Of a DNA stretch of 45,671 nt, positions 16,817-27,582 are shown piece by piece. Each line of letters opens with the position of its first letter. Within the stretch, counting starts at the first letter, position 1. Origin of the DNA: Candidatus Methylomirabilia bacterium (GTDB lineage Bacteria; Methylomirabilota; Methylomirabilia; Rokubacteriales; CSP1-6); assembly GCA_041497895.1 (NCBI GenBank), contig JBGQHJ010000021.1:1-45671 (forward strand). Direction: 5' to 3'. Below the pieces are notes generated by a model. It made no database searches and was not told the DNA's origin. It saw nothing but the letters and a program-made list of their open reading frames with translations. A program made the position numbers and the translations under genes.

Positions 16817-17104
16817 GTGCGCGACGCGCTCGCTCTGCTCGTCCTGGCCGTGGGGCTGGCCCTCCCCGTCCTCGCCCACGCGAGCCCACCCGATCCCTCG
16901 TGGATCCCCGGGGTCTACGACGACGCCGACTTCGACGACGTCGTGACGCGCGTCGTGTCGGGGACCGGGAGCGTCGGTCCCGGCATCCTCGACGTGCTCG
17001 ACGTCGCCCTGCGGCCGGCCGAGCGCCTGGGCCACGCCCCCGAGGCGGCGCCGGACGCGCCCAGGCTCGCCGCCAATCACGGTCGCGCTCCTCCCACCTC
17101 GTAG
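16817..17104 (+). CDS. Secreted leader-type peptide, 95 aa, with C-terminal RAPP motif
   Basis: Signal peptide ending AHA, SPPDPSWIPGVYDDADFDDVV acidic motif, ends GRAPPTS*. Confidence 0.7.
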   Translation: MRDALALLVLAVGLALPVLAHASPPDPSWIPGVYDDADFDDVVTRVVSGTGSVGPGILDVLDVALRPAERLGHAPEAAPDAPRLAANHGRAPPTS

Positions 17105-17221
17105 CGCCTTCATCCCGTCGTCGGTGTCCGGCTCACGAGCCTCTCGGGGCTCGACCGGAAGATGTCTGCGCTCCGGCGACCCGTCGAAACCCGAACGGAG
17201 GTGGCAACGAGGAGGCGATCC

Positions 17222-18211
17222 ATGCTCGAGCAGACCCTGACGTGCAGCGAGCCGTGCGCGGCGATCCACGAGACCGGGGGTGGAGGCGATCTGTGGGCGA
17301 TCGTGCTGGCCGGCGGGGAGGGCACCCGGCTGCGAGCCCTCACGCGATATCTCTACGGGGAGGAGCGGCCCAAGCAGTTCGCGGTGCTCACCGGATCGAA
17401 GTCGCTCCTGCGCCAGACGCTGGAGCGCGTCGCGCGGCTGATCCCGCCGTCGCGCATCGTGGTCGTGACCCAGGCGAGCCACGACCGCTATCTGAGCGCG
17501 GAGCTCAGCGGCTTCCCCGACGTCCACGTCCTCGCGCAGCCCTGCGACCGGGGCACCGCGGCCGGCGTCCTGCTGCCGGCGCACTGGATCCGCGCGCGCG
17601 ATCCCCGGGCCGTGGTCGCGGTCTTCCCGGCGGACCACTTCATCCTCGAGGAGGACATCTTCATGCGCCACGTCGCGGAGGTGACCGCCTACGTGCGCGC
17701 GCATCTGGATGGGCTCGTGCTGCTCGGGGTGCCGCCGACCGACGCCGACCCCGACTACGGCTGGATCGAGCCGGGCGTCCGGGTCGGCTGGGCGGGGCCC
17801 GACCCGGTCCACCGCATCCGCGGCTTCCGCGAGAAGCCCACCGAGGAGTCGGCGCGACGCCTCTACGCCCTGGGCGGCCTGTGGAACACCTTCGTCTTCG
17901 TGGCCGGCGCGGCCACCCTGATCGACGCCGGGCGCGAGTGCGTCCCCCTGCTCCACGATCGCCTGTTGCGCATGGGAGTCTTCGCGGGCACGCACTACGA
18001 GCCCTGGGCGCTCCGGCAGGCCTACCTCTTCGCTCCGGCCGCCGACTTCTCCCGGACGGTCCTGGAGTCGCCGAGCCTGGCCCTCGCGGTGGCCGAGGTG
18101 ACGGCCTACACGTGGTGCGATCTCGGCACCCCGGAGCGGGTCGCGCGCACGCTACGGAGCCTGGGAGCGCCGCCGCCGGCCTGGCTCACCCTGCTCGGTT
18201 CGCGCTCGTGA
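17222..18211 (+). CDS. Sugar-phosphate nucleotidyltransferase (mannose-1-phosphate guanylyltransferase-like)
   Basis: IVLAGGEGTRL, PKQF, QPCDRGTA, FPADH, YGWIEPG, FREKP and WCDLG motifs; SD GAGGAGG. Confidence 0.88.
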   Translation: MLEQTLTCSEPCAAIHETGGGGDLWAIVLAGGEGTRLRALTRYLYGEERPKQFAVLTGSKSLLRQTLERVARLIPPSRIVVVTQASHDRYLSAELSGFPDVHVLAQPCDRGTAAGVLLPAHWIRARDPRAVVAVFPADHFILEEDIFMRHVAEVTAYVRAHLDGLVLLGVPPTDADPDYGWIEPGVRVGWAGPDPVHRIRGFREKPTEESARRLYALGGLWNTFVFVAGAATLIDAGRECVPLLHDRLLRMGVFAGTHYEPWALRQAYLFAPAADFSRTVLESPSLALAVAEVTAYTWCDLGTPERVARTLRSLGAPPPAWLTLLGSRS

Positions 18212-18328
18212 CGCCCGCTCGCCGATCGCGGCCCCGCTCACCTCCGGCCGGGCGGTCCGGCCGAATGATCCGGCCAAGTGGCGCGTCAAAATGTGCTACA
18301 AGCGGAGCCACACGAGAGGGAGGCCGGG

Positions 18329-19573
18329 ATGGCTGGCGAAGCGCATGAGTCCGGGGAGTTGGGTCCAACGTCCACGGACTCGCCGCGCCGGTCGCGGGGC
18401 CGAATCGTCGTCATCGGGATCGTCCTGGCCGCGCTGCTCGCCGGGGGCGGCTACTTCGCCCTGAACCGGCCCGGGCGGGCGGCCCAGCGGGCCACCCCCA
18501 CGGGTCCGCGCCCGGTCCCGGTGGTGACGGCCCCCGCCCGCTCTGGCGATCTCCCCGTGTACCTCACCGGCCTCGGGTCGGTGACCGCGCTCAACACGGT
18601 GACGGTCCGGAGCCGTGTCGACGGCCAGCTCATGCGGACCTCCTTCCAGGAGGGCCAGATCGTGAAGGCGGGAGACGTCCTGGCCGAGATCGATCCGCGG
18701 CCCTTCGAGGCCCAGCTCACCCAGGTCGAGGGGCAGCTCGCCAAGGACGAGGCCGCGCTCAGCAATGCCCGCCTCGATCTCGAGCGGTACCGGACGCTGG
18801 TCAAGGGCGGCTTCATCCCGCAGCAGCAGCTCGACACGCAGGCCTCGACGGTGTCCCAGCTCGCCGCCGCCATTAAGGCCGACCAGGGCAACATCGACAG
18901 CATCCGCCTGCAGCTGACCTACTGCCGCATCCTCGCCCCGATCACCGGCCGCACCGGCCTGCGTCTCGTGGACGCGGGCAACATGGTGCACGCCAACGAC
19001 CCGGGCGGCCTCGTGGTGCTCACCCAGGTCCAGCCGATCGCGGTGCTGTTCACGATCCCCCAGGACAACCTGCCCCCCGTGCTCGCGCGTCAGCGGGCCG
19101 GCGGGCCGATCACGGTGGAGGCCTTCGATCGTGAGGGACGCACCCGGATCGGCAGCGGGACGCTGGTGGCGGTGGACAACCAGATCGACCCGGGCACCGG
19201 GACGGTCAAGATCAAGGCCGCCTTCGACAACACCGACGGCGCGCTCTACCCGAACCAGTTCGTCAACGCGCGGGTCCTCGTCGACACCTTGAAGGGCGCG
19301 GTGCTGGTGCCCAACGAGGCCATCCAGCGCGGCTCCCAGGGCCCGTTCGTCTACGTGGTGAAGGCCGACAAGACGGTGGAGCTGCGGAAGATCGTGCTCG
19401 GGCCCGCCGAGGGCGGCGTCACCGCGGTGCGCGAGGGCGTGGCCGCGGGCGACGCGCTCATCGTGGACGGGGCCGACAAGGTGCAGGAGCGCTCGCGCGT
19501 GGAGCCCGCGACCCGCGGCGAGGGCCCGCCCGCGCGCCGGGGCGAGCGCCCGCCCGCTCGCGCGGGCTCATGA
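18329..19573 (+). CDS. mdtA: RND efflux membrane fusion protein
   Basis: [43 protein letters not shown] and LYPNQFVN motifs. Confidence 0.9.
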   Translation: MAGEAHESGELGPTSTDSPRRSRGRIVVIGIVLAALLAGGGYFALNRPGRAAQRATPTGPRPVPVVTAPARSGDLPVYLTGLGSVTALNTVTVRSRVDGQLMRTSFQEGQIVKAGDVLAEIDPRPFEAQLTQVEGQLAKDEAALSNARLDLERYRTLVKGGFIPQQQLDTQASTVSQLAAAIKADQGNIDSIRLQLTYCRILAPITGRTGLRLVDAGNMVHANDPGGLVVLTQVQPIAVLFTIPQDNLPPVLARQRAGGPITVEAFDREGRTRIGSGTLVAVDNQIDPGTGTVKIKAAFDNTDGALYPNQFVNARVLVDTLKGAVLVPNEAIQRGSQGPFVYVVKADKTVELRKIVLGPAEGGVTAVREGVAAGDALIVDGADKVQERSRVEPATRGEGPPARRGERPPARAGS

Positions 19574-22500
19574 ACCCGTCCCGGCCGTTCATCCTCCGGC
19601 CGGTCGCCACCTCGCTCCTCACCGCCGCGATCGTCCTGGCCGGAATCGTGGCCTACCGGCTGCTGGCGGTCTCCGCCCTGCCGCAGGTCGACTACCCGAC
19701 CATCCAGGTGCAGACGTTCTATCCGGGGGCGAGCCCCGACGTCATGGCCTCCGCGGTCACCGCCCCGCTCGAGCGGCAGTTCGGCCAGATGCCGGGACTC
19801 AAGCAGATGACGTCGACCAGCTCGTCGACCAGCAGCGTGATCACGCTGCAGTTCGACCTGAACCTGGCGCTCGACATCGCCGAGCAGCAGGTGCAGGCCG
19901 CGATCAACGCGGCGACCTCGTTTCTCCCCAACGACCTGCCGAACCCGCCGATCTACAGCAAGGTCAACCCGGCCGACGCGCCCATCCTCACTCTCGGCCT
20001 CACCTCGAGCACGCTGCCGCTCACCACGGTCCAGGACCTGGCCGACACCCGGCTCGTGCCCAAGATCTCCCAGCTCCCCGGGGTCGGCCTCGTCAGCCTG
20101 AGCGGCGGCCAGAAGCCGGCCATCCGCATCCAGGTCAATCCGGCCCGGCTCGCGGCCAACGGGCTCGCGCTCGACGACCTGCGCGCGGCGGTGGCGGCGG
20201 CGAGCGTGAACCAGGCCAAGGGCAGCCTCGACGGCCCGCGCCAGGCCTTCACCATCGGGGCCAACGACCAGCTCGTGAGCAGCGCGCAGTATCGCGACCT
20301 GGTGGTGGCCTACCGCAACGGCGCGGCGGTGCACCTCTCCGACGTGGCCGACACGGTGGACGACGCGGAGAACCTGCGCCAGGCCGCCTGGATGGGCACC
20401 GAGCCCGCGGTCATCGTGAACATCCAGCGCCAGCCGGGCGCCAACCTGATCCAGGTGGTGGACCGGGTCAAGGTCCTCCTGCCCGCGCTGCAGGCGACCC
20501 TGCCCGGCTCGGTGAAGGTCGCGATCCTGAGCGATCGCACCACCACCATCCGGGCCTCGGTGCACGACGTGCAGCTCGAGCTGACGATGGCGGTGATCCT
20601 GGTCGTGCTCGTGATCTTCCTGTTCCTGGGCAGCCCGGCCGCCACCTTCATCCCGTCCATCGCGGTGCCGGTCTCGATCATCGGGACCTTCGCGGTCATG
20701 TACGGGCTCGGCTTCAGCCTCAACAACCTCTCCCTGATGGCGCTCACCATCGCCACCGGCTTCGTGGTCGACGACGCGGTGGTGATGATCGAGAACATCG
20801 CGCGCTACATCGAGGCGGGCGACGGCCCGCTCGAGGCCGCCCTCAAGGGCTCGGCCCAGATCGGCTTCACGATCCTCTCGCTGACCGTCTCCCTCATCGC
20901 GGTGCTCATCCCCCTGCTGTTCATGGGCGACATCGTGGGCCGCCTCTTCCGCGAGTTCGCGATCACCCTGAGCGCGGCGATCCTGGTCTCGGCCGCGGTG
21001 TCGCTCACCCTGACCCCGATGCTCTGCGCCAAGCTCCTGCGCCACCACGGCCCGCAGGAGACGGGCCGGGTGGCGCGCGCCTCCCAGGCGGTGTTCAATC
21101 GCGTTCTCGACGCCTACGCCCGCACCCTGCGCATCGTGCTCGCCCACCAGGGGCTCACCCTGGTGGTGGCGGTCGGCACCCTCGGGGTCACCCTGCTGCT
21201 CTACGCGGTGGTGCCGAAGGGCCTCTTCCCGATCCAGGACACCGGGGTGATCCTCGGCATCTCGGAGGCGCCCCAGAGCGTATCGTTCCCCGCGATGGCC
21301 GAGCGGCAGCTCGCGCTGGCCCGGGCCATCCAGGCCGATCCCGCGGTCGACACGCTGTCTTCCTTCATCGGCATCGACGGGGCCAACGTCACCCTCAACA
21401 GCGGGCGCATGCAGATCGCGCTCCGGCCCCTCGACGAGCGCCGGCTCGGGGTGCGCGACGTGATCGACCGGCTGCGCGCGCGCCTGGCCGACGTGCCCGG
21501 CATCACCCTCTACCTCCAGCCGGTGCAGGACCTCACGGTGGAGGATCGGGTCAGCCGCACCCAGTACCAGTACAGCCTCGAGGATCCCAACGTGACCGAG
21601 CTCAACACCTGGGCTCCCCGGATGGTGGAGCGCCTCCGCGCGCTCCACGTGCTCCGGGACGTGGCGAGCGACCAGCAGGATCAGGGGCTCGAGACCTCGG
21701 TGCGCATCGACCGCAACACCGCCGCGCGCCTCGGCATCACGCCCCAGATGATCGACGACGCGCTCTACAACGCGTTCGGCCAGCGGCAGATCTCGACCAT
21801 CTTCACCCAGCTCAACCAGTACCGGGTGGTACTCGAGGTCAAGCCCGAGTTCCGCCAGGATCCGGCCGCGCTCCAGCAGATCTACCTGCGCTCCACCACC
21901 GGCGGGCAGGTGCCGCTCTCCACCTTCACCAGCATCGAGGAGCGCGCGACCCCGCTCCTCGTGAGCCACCAGGGCCAGTTCCCCGCGGTGACCATCTCCT
22001 TCAACCTGGCCCCCGGGGTCTCGCTCGGCGAGGCGGTGAACGCCATCGAGGCGACGCGGCGCGACCTCCGCATGCCGGCCGCGATCGAGGCGCGCTTCCA
22101 GGGAGCGGCGCGCGCCTTCCAGGCCTCGCTCGCCAACGAGCCACTCCTGATCCTCGCCGCGGTGGTCACGGTCTACATCGTGCTGGGGGTGCTCTACGAG
22201 AGCTGGATCCACCCGGTGACCATCCTCTCCACTCTGCCGTCGGCGGGGGTGGGCGCGCTGCTCGCGCTGCTCGGCGCACGCCTCGACCTGAGCGTCATCG
22301 CCCTGATCGGCATCATTTTGTTAATCGGCATCGTGATGAAGAACGCGATCATGATGATCGACTTCGCGCTCGACGCCCAGCGCACCGAGGGCAAGCCCGC
22401 GCCCGAGGCGATCTACCAGGCGTGCCTGCTCCGCTTCCGGCCGATCATCATGACCACGATGGCCGCGCTGCTGGGCGGCGTCCCGCTGGCGCTGGGTCAA

Positions 22501-22683
22501 GGCGTCGGCTCCGAGCTCCGCCAGCCGCTCGGCATCGCGATCGTGGGCGGGCTCATCATGAGCCAGCTGCTCACCCTCTACACCACCCCGGTGATCTACC
22601 TGGCCTTCGACCGCCTCGCCACCCGCGTGGCCCGCCGCCGCGCCCTCCCCGCCGGCGCGCCTCCCGAGCCCTCGCAACCGTGA
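19570..22683 (+). CDS. mdtB: RND efflux permease
   Basis: [37 protein letters not shown]; 1037 aa. Confidence 0.93.
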   Translation: MNPSRPFILRPVATSLLTAAIVLAGIVAYRLLAVSALPQVDYPTIQVQTFYPGASPDVMASAVTAPLERQFGQMPGLKQMTSTSSSTSSVITLQFDLNLALDIAEQQVQAAINAATSFLPNDLPNPPIYSKVNPADAPILTLGLTSSTLPLTTVQDLADTRLVPKISQLPGVGLVSLSGGQKPAIRIQVNPARLAANGLALDDLRAAVAAASVNQAKGSLDGPRQAFTIGANDQLVSSAQYRDLVVAYRNGAAVHLSDVADTVDDAENLRQAAWMGTEPAVIVNIQRQPGANLIQVVDRVKVLLPALQATLPGSVKVAILSDRTTTIRASVHDVQLELTMAVILVVLVIFLFLGSPAATFIPSIAVPVSIIGTFAVMYGLGFSLNNLSLMALTIATGFVVDDAVVMIENIARYIEAGDGPLEAALKGSAQIGFTILSLTVSLIAVLIPLLFMGDIVGRLFREFAITLSAAILVSAAVSLTLTPMLCAKLLRHHGPQETGRVARASQAVFNRVLDAYARTLRIVLAHQGLTLVVAVGTLGVTLLLYAVVPKGLFPIQDTGVILGISEAPQSVSFPAMAERQLALARAIQADPAVDTLSSFIGIDGANVTLNSGRMQIALRPLDERRLGVRDVIDRLRARLADVPGITLYLQPVQDLTVEDRVSRTQYQYSLEDPNVTELNTWAPRMVERLRALHVLRDVASDQQDQGLETSVRIDRNTAARLGITPQMIDDALYNAFGQRQISTIFTQLNQYRVVLEVKPEFRQDPAALQQIYLRSTTGGQVPLSTFTSIEERATPLLVSHQGQFPAVTISFNLAPGVSLGEAVNAIEATRRDLRMPAAIEARFQGAARAFQASLANEPLLILAAVVTVYIVLGVLYESWIHPVTILSTLPSAGVGALLALLGARLDLSVIALIGIILLIGIVMKNAIMMIDFALDAQRTEGKPAPEAIYQACLLRFRPIIMTTMAALLGGVPLALGQGVGSELRQPLGIAIVGGLIMSQLLTLYTTPVIYLAFDRLATRVARRRALPAGAPPEPSQP

Positions 22684-25600
22684 ACCTCTCCGGACCGTTC
22701 ATCCGCCGCCCGGTCGGCACCACGCTGCTGACCCTGGCCCTGGTGCTGGCCGGGATCATCGGCTTCCGGTTGCTGCCGGTGGCCCCGCTGCCCCAGGTGG
22801 ACTTCCCGACCATCAACATCTCGGCCGGCCTGCCCGGGGCGAGCCCGGAGACGATGGCCTCCGCGGTGGCGACCCCGCTCGAGCGGCAGTTCACGCGCAT
22901 CGCCGCGGTCACCGAGATGACGTCCACCAGCTTCCTCGGCTCGACGAGCGTGGCGCTGCAGTTCGACCTCTCGCGCGACATCAACGGCGCGGCCCGCGAC
23001 GTGCAGTCGGCCATCAACGCGGCAGCGGGCCAGCTCCCCTCGAACCTGCCGAGCAACCCGACCTACCGCAAGGTCAACCCGGCCGACGCCCCGATCATGA
23101 TCCTGGCGCTGACCTCGGCCACCGCGACCACCGGCCAGCTCTACGACATGGCCTCCACCATCCTCCAGCAGAAGCTGGCCCAGCTGGAGGGCGTGGGTCA
23201 GGTGTTCGTGGGCGGCAGCTCGCTGCCCGCGGTGCGCGTCGAGCTCAACCCCCACGCGCTCGCCCGCTACGGCATCGGCCTCGAGGACGTGCGCGCGGTG
23301 CTGGCCAGCGCCAACGTCAACCGGCCGAAAGGCCAGATCCAGGGCCCGGAGCGGGCGTGGGAGATCCGCACCAGCGACCAGCTCCGCTTCGCGGAGGAGT
23401 ACCGGCCGCTCCTGGTGGCCTGGCGCAACGGGGCCGCGGTGCGGCTGTCCGACGTGGCCGAGGTCCGCGACGCGGGTGAGGACCTGCGCGCGGTCGGCCT
23501 CGCCAACGGCCAGCCCGCCGCGCTCATCATCATCTTCCGGCAGCCGGGCGCCAACATCATCGAGGCGGTGGATCACATCCGCGACGCGATGCCGGAGCTG
23601 CACGCGCTGCTGCCCGCCGACGTCGTCCTCACCCCGGTGCTCGACCAGACCGTGACCATCCGGGCCTCGGTGTCCGACGTCGAGCACGCCCTGATGATCT
23701 CGGTGGCCCTGGTGGTGCTGGTGGTGTTCCTGTTCCTCCGGGACGGGCGCGCCACCGCGATCCCCGGGGTCGCGGTGCCGGTGTCCCTGATCGGCACCTT
23801 CGCCTTCATGTACCTGATCGGCTACAGCATCGACAACCTGTCGCTGATGGCCCTCACGGTGGCCACCGGCTTCGTGGTGGACGACGCCATCGTGGTGGTG
23901 GAGAACGTCATGCGCCACCTCGAGCAGGGCATGCGCCCGCTCGAGGCCGCGATCACCGGGGCCCGCGAGATCGGCTTCACGGTGCTGTCCATCAGCATCT
24001 CGCTGGTGGCGGTGTTCATCCCGATCCTCTTGATGGGCGGCCTCATCGGGCGGCTCTTTCGCGAGTTCGCGGTGGTCCTCTCCGTCGCGGTGCTCGTCTC
24101 GCTCGTGGTCTCGCTCACCACCACCCCGATGATGTGCGCCCTCCTCCTCCGCTCCCACGCGGGCCGGACCCGCGGCCGCTTCTACCGGGGCGGGGAGCGG
24201 GTCTTCGACTGGATGGTGCGGGGCTACGAGCGCTCGCTCGGCTGGGCCCTGACCTATCCCGGGACCGTCCTCGCCATCGCCGCGCTCACCTGCGCGCTCA
24301 CCGTCTACCTCTTCGTGGTGATCCCGAAGGGCTTCTTCCCCCAGCAGGACAACGGCCGGCTCGCCGGCGGAGTGGTGGCCTCCCAGGACATCTCCTTCCA
24401 GGCCATGCGGCAGAAGGTGGCCCAGCTCGCCGCGATCGTGCAGGCCGACCCCGCGGTCGCCACCGTGACCGCCTACACCGGCGGCGGGGGCGGGCGGGGC
24501 ACCACCGTGAACACCGCGCGCATGTTCGTCGCGCTCAAGCTCCGCAAGGAGCGGGACGCCACCGCCGACGAGGTCATCACGCGGCTCCGCCCGAAGCTCG
24601 GACGCGTGGTGGGGGCCACGCTCTATCTCCAGGCGGTGCAGGACATCCGGGTGGGCGGGCGGCTCGGCAACGCCCAGTACCAGTACACGCTGCAGGCCGA
24701 CAGCCTCCAGGACCTGAGCGAGTGGGCCCCGCGGATGCTCCAGACGCTCCGGGGGCTGCCCGAGCTGCGCGACGTCTCGAGCGACCAGCAGGACGCGGGC
24801 CTGCAGGTGCCGCTTACCATCGACCGGGACACCGCGGCCCGGGTCGGGGTGAGCACCCGGTTGATCGACGAGACCCTCTACAGCGCGTTCGGGCAGCGCC
24901 AGGTCTCCACGATCTACACCGCGCTCAACCAGTACCACGTGGTGATGGAGGTGGCGCCCGAGTACTGGCAGAGCCCCGACGCGCTCTCCGCGATCTACGT
25001 GCGCTCGCAGACGGGGGCAACGGTGCCGCTCACCGCCCTGACCCGCTTCCAGCCGAGCGCGGCGCCGCTGCAGGTGAACCACCAGGGGCTCTTCCCCTCG
25101 GTGACCATCTCCTTCAACCTCGCCCCCGACGTCTCCCTTGGCCACGCGGTGGTCGCGGTCGAGGACGCGGGGCGTCGCATCGCGCTGCCCTCGAGCGTGC
25201 GCGGCAAGTTCGCGGGCGCGGCGCAGGCCTTCCAGGACTCGCTCTCCACCCAGCCCCTGCTCATCCTGGCCGCGCTGGTCGCGGTCTACATCGTGCTCGG
25301 CATGCTCTACGAGAGCTACGTGCACCCGCTCACGATCCTCTCCACCCTGCCCTCCGCGGGGGTGGGCGCGCTGCTGGCCCTCATGGTGTGCCGGATGGAC
25401 CTGTCGATCATCGCGATCATCGGCATCATCCTGCTCATCGGCATCGTCAAGAAGAACGCGATCATGGTCATCGACGTGGCGCTCGACCTGGAGCGCCGCG
25501 AGGGCCGGCCGCCCCGGGAGGCGATCTACGTGGCCTGCCTGCAGCGCCTGCGGCCCATCCTCATGACCACGTTGGCCGCGATGCTGGGCGCCCTGCCCCT

Positions 25601-25817
25601 GGCGCTCGGGGCCGGCACCGGCTCCGAGCTGCGGCGCCCGCTCGGGGTGAGCATCATCGGCGGGCTCATGCTGAGCCAGCTCCTCACCCTCTACACCACG
25701 CCGGTCGTGTACCTGTTCCTCGAGCGCTGGCGGATGCGGATGGCGCGGGCGTGGGCCCGCATCGGCGCGCGCATCGGCGTGCGCCGCCCCGCCGAGCAGA
25801 TCAGCGGCGGCGAGTAG
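22680..25817 (+). CDS. mdtC: RND efflux permease
   Basis: GTG start overlapping the mdtB stop; [37 protein letters not shown]. Confidence 0.92.
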   Translation: MNLSGPFIRRPVGTTLLTLALVLAGIIGFRLLPVAPLPQVDFPTINISAGLPGASPETMASAVATPLERQFTRIAAVTEMTSTSFLGSTSVALQFDLSRDINGAARDVQSAINAAAGQLPSNLPSNPTYRKVNPADAPIMILALTSATATTGQLYDMASTILQQKLAQLEGVGQVFVGGSSLPAVRVELNPHALARYGIGLEDVRAVLASANVNRPKGQIQGPERAWEIRTSDQLRFAEEYRPLLVAWRNGAAVRLSDVAEVRDAGEDLRAVGLANGQPAALIIIFRQPGANIIEAVDHIRDAMPELHALLPADVVLTPVLDQTVTIRASVSDVEHALMISVALVVLVVFLFLRDGRATAIPGVAVPVSLIGTFAFMYLIGYSIDNLSLMALTVATGFVVDDAIVVVENVMRHLEQGMRPLEAAITGAREIGFTVLSISISLVAVFIPILLMGGLIGRLFREFAVVLSVAVLVSLVVSLTTTPMMCALLLRSHAGRTRGRFYRGGERVFDWMVRGYERSLGWALTYPGTVLAIAALTCALTVYLFVVIPKGFFPQQDNGRLAGGVVASQDISFQAMRQKVAQLAAIVQADPAVATVTAYTGGGGGRGTTVNTARMFVALKLRKERDATADEVITRLRPKLGRVVGATLYLQAVQDIRVGGRLGNAQYQYTLQADSLQDLSEWAPRMLQTLRGLPELRDVSSDQQDAGLQVPLTIDRDTAARVGVSTRLIDETLYSAFGQRQVSTIYTALNQYHVVMEVAPEYWQSPDALSAIYVRSQTGATVPLTALTRFQPSAAPLQVNHQGLFPSVTISFNLAPDVSLGHAVVAVEDAGRRIALPSSVRGKFAGAAQAFQDSLSTQPLLILAALVAVYIVLGMLYESYVHPLTILSTLPSAGVGALLALMVCRMDLSIIAIIGIILLIGIVKKNAIMVIDVALDLERREGRPPREAIYVACLQRLRPILMTTLAAMLGALPLALGAGTGSELRRPLGVSIIGGLMLSQLLTLYTTPVVYLFLERWRMRMARAWARIGARIGVRRPAEQISGGE

Positions 25818-25843
25818 TCGACCTCGAACGAGAGGAGAAGCGC

Positions 25844-26461
25844 ATGCAGCTCGACCCCCGGACGATGAGCCAGGAGTCCACCTACAAGCTCCTGATCGGC
25901 TGCGTGGTGCCGCGGCCGATCGCGTGGGTCTCCACGGTGGGCGCCGACGGCGTCAACAACCTCGCCCCGTTCAGCTTCTTCATGGGCGTCTGCGGCGACC
26001 CGCCGACCATCGCGTTCTCGTCGGGCCCGCGCGCCCGGAACCGGAAGGACACCGTGCGCAACGCCGAGCACACCGGTGACTTCGTGGTGAACGTGGTGGA
26101 CGACGACCGGGCCGAGCAGATGAACCAGACCTCCGCGGACTGCCCGCCCGAGGTCGACGAGTTCGCGCTGACCGGCCTCACCGCCGCTCCCGGGGTGCGG
26201 GTGCGATCGCCGCGGGTGGTGGAGGCGCCGATCAGCCTCGAGTGCCGGCTGGCCCAGGTCATCCCGGTCGGGCGCGGCCCCCACAGCCTCGTGCTGGGGG
26301 AGATCGTCTACTTCCACGTGCGCGAGGATCTCTACGAGACCTCGACCGGGCGCATCGACATGGCGCGCCTCAAGCCGGTCGGCCGGCTCGCCGGGCACGC
26401 CTACACCCACGTGCACGACATCTTCCACATGAAGCGCCCTTCGGAGACCTACGCGGGCTAG
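25844..26461 (+). CDS. Flavin reductase family protein (DIM6/NTAB-like)
   Basis: VVPRPIAWVST, NLAPFSFF, KDTVRN and VGRLAG motifs; SD GAGGAG. Confidence 0.92.
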   Translation: MQLDPRTMSQESTYKLLIGCVVPRPIAWVSTVGADGVNNLAPFSFFMGVCGDPPTIAFSSGPRARNRKDTVRNAEHTGDFVVNVVDDDRAEQMNQTSADCPPEVDEFALTGLTAAPGVRVRSPRVVEAPISLECRLAQVIPVGRGPHSLVLGEIVYFHVREDLYETSTGRIDMARLKPVGRLAGHAYTHVHDIFHMKRPSETYAG

Positions 26462-26490
26462 CGGGACGCGATACCACAAGGCTTCGAAGG

Positions 26491-26619
26491 GACGAACGAG
26501 GGGCGGTCCAGGTTGACCGCCCCGAAGATTTGCCGCGCCGAGCCACGGTCAACTCGGGCCCGAATCCACTCGTCCCTCTAGATGACGGGGTAAACGAACG
26601 CGTCCCGGCCGCCGTCAGG
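26491..26619. promoter_or_regulatory. Cluster of three ECF-type promoter motifs
   Basis: (-) GTCAAC 26517-26512, N17, CGTC 26494-26491. (+) GTCAAC 26548-26553, N17, CGTC 26571-26574. (+) GTAAAC 26590-26595, N17, CGTCAGG 26613-26619. Confidence 0.65.
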
Positions 26620-26642
26620 GAAGAGAGAGGAGAAGCCTGATC

Positions 26643-26987
26643 ATGCGCATGCGCGCGCTTGGCCCCATGGTCCTGGTCGGCGGCCTGGTCGCTCTGTCGC
26701 TCGCCGCGAGCGTCACGCCGGCCCTGGCGTGGTGGCGAGGCGGAGTGTTCGTGAGCCCCGGCGTCGTCGTGGGGCCCCCGGTGGTGGTCGCTCCGCCGGT
26801 CTACGTGCCGTCCTACCCGGCCCCGGTGGTCGTCGAGCCGCCCGCGCCCACCTATCAGCAGCAGCAGCCGCAGACCGCGCAGCAGTACTGGTACTACTGC
26901 CAGGATCCGCAGGGCTACTACCCGTACGTCCAGCAGTGTCCACGGGGCTGGCAGCCGGTGAGCCCGACGCCGCAGGCCGGCCAGTGA
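26643..26987 (+). CDS. Secreted proline-rich protein with YWYYC..YYPYV..CP.GW domain
   Basis: Signal peptide, Pro/Val-rich middle, two-Cys aromatic C-terminal motif; SD GAGGAG. Confidence 0.8.
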   Translation: MRMRALGPMVLVGGLVALSLAASVTPALAWWRGGVFVSPGVVVGPPVVVAPPVYVPSYPAPVVVEPPAPTYQQQQPQTAQQYWYYCQDPQGYYPYVQQCPRGWQPVSPTPQAGQ

Positions 26988-26988
26988 C

Positions 26989-27576
26989 ATGAGGGCGCTC
27001 GCCCTCCTGCTCGTCGGCGCGCTCGGCGCGGGCTGCGCCACCGTGCCGCCGGGGCCCAGCGTGTCGGTGCTCCCTGGACGCGGCAAGAGATTCGAGCAGT
27101 TCCAGGACGATGACGTCGCGTGCCGTCAGTGGGCACGGCAGGAGGCGGGCACGACCCCCGGCGCCTCCGCGGCGCAGTCCACCGTCGGCGGCGCCGCGAT
27201 CGGCACGCTGCTCGGCGCGGGCCTGGGCGCCGCGCTGGGCGCGGCCACCCACCGGCCCGCGGCCGGGGCGGCGGTGGGCGCCGGCATCGGCCTGATCGGC
27301 GGCACCGCGGTGGGCGCGGGCGCCGGCCAGACCTCGGGCCAGACCGTGCAGCGCCGCTACGACAACGCGTACACGCAGTGCATGTTCGCCAAGGGGGACC
27401 AGGTTCCGGGGCGGCCGGCCGTCGTCGCTCCGACGGTGAGCCCGGCCGCTCCGCCGCCTCCACCGCCTCCCCCCGCGGCCATGCCCACTCCGCCGCCTGC
27501 ACCGCCGGCCGCGCTCGCCACGCCCCCGCCACCGCCGGGTCCCCCGCCGCCTCCGCCACCATCCGGACCACGCTGA
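26989..27576 (+). CDS. Glycine-zipper lipoprotein with poly-Pro tail
   Basis: LGAGC lipobox, FQDDDVACRQWA, GAAIGTLLGAGLGAALG and QRRYDNAYTQCM motifs. Confidence 0.85.
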   Translation: MRALALLLVGALGAGCATVPPGPSVSVLPGRGKRFEQFQDDDVACRQWARQEAGTTPGASAAQSTVGGAAIGTLLGAGLGAALGAATHRPAAGAAVGAGIGLIGGTAVGAGAGQTSGQTVQRRYDNAYTQCMFAKGDQVPGRPAVVAPTVSPAAPPPPPPPPAAMPTPPPAPPAALATPPPPPGPPPPPPPSGPR

Positions 27577-27582
27577 GATTCC

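Noticed and set aside
19351..25325. Very long antisense ORFs (953 and 909 aa) opposite mdtB/mdtC
   Set aside because: Shadow ORFs caused by high-GC codon bias; no motifs, and they fully overlap well-supported genes.
19570..25817. Long similar DNA segments shared between the two RND genes
   Set aside because: Expected MdtB/MdtC paralogy.
27440..27565. CCG-rich repetitive tract
   Set aside because: Encodes the poly-Pro tail of the lipoprotein; not a CRISPR or regular tandem array.
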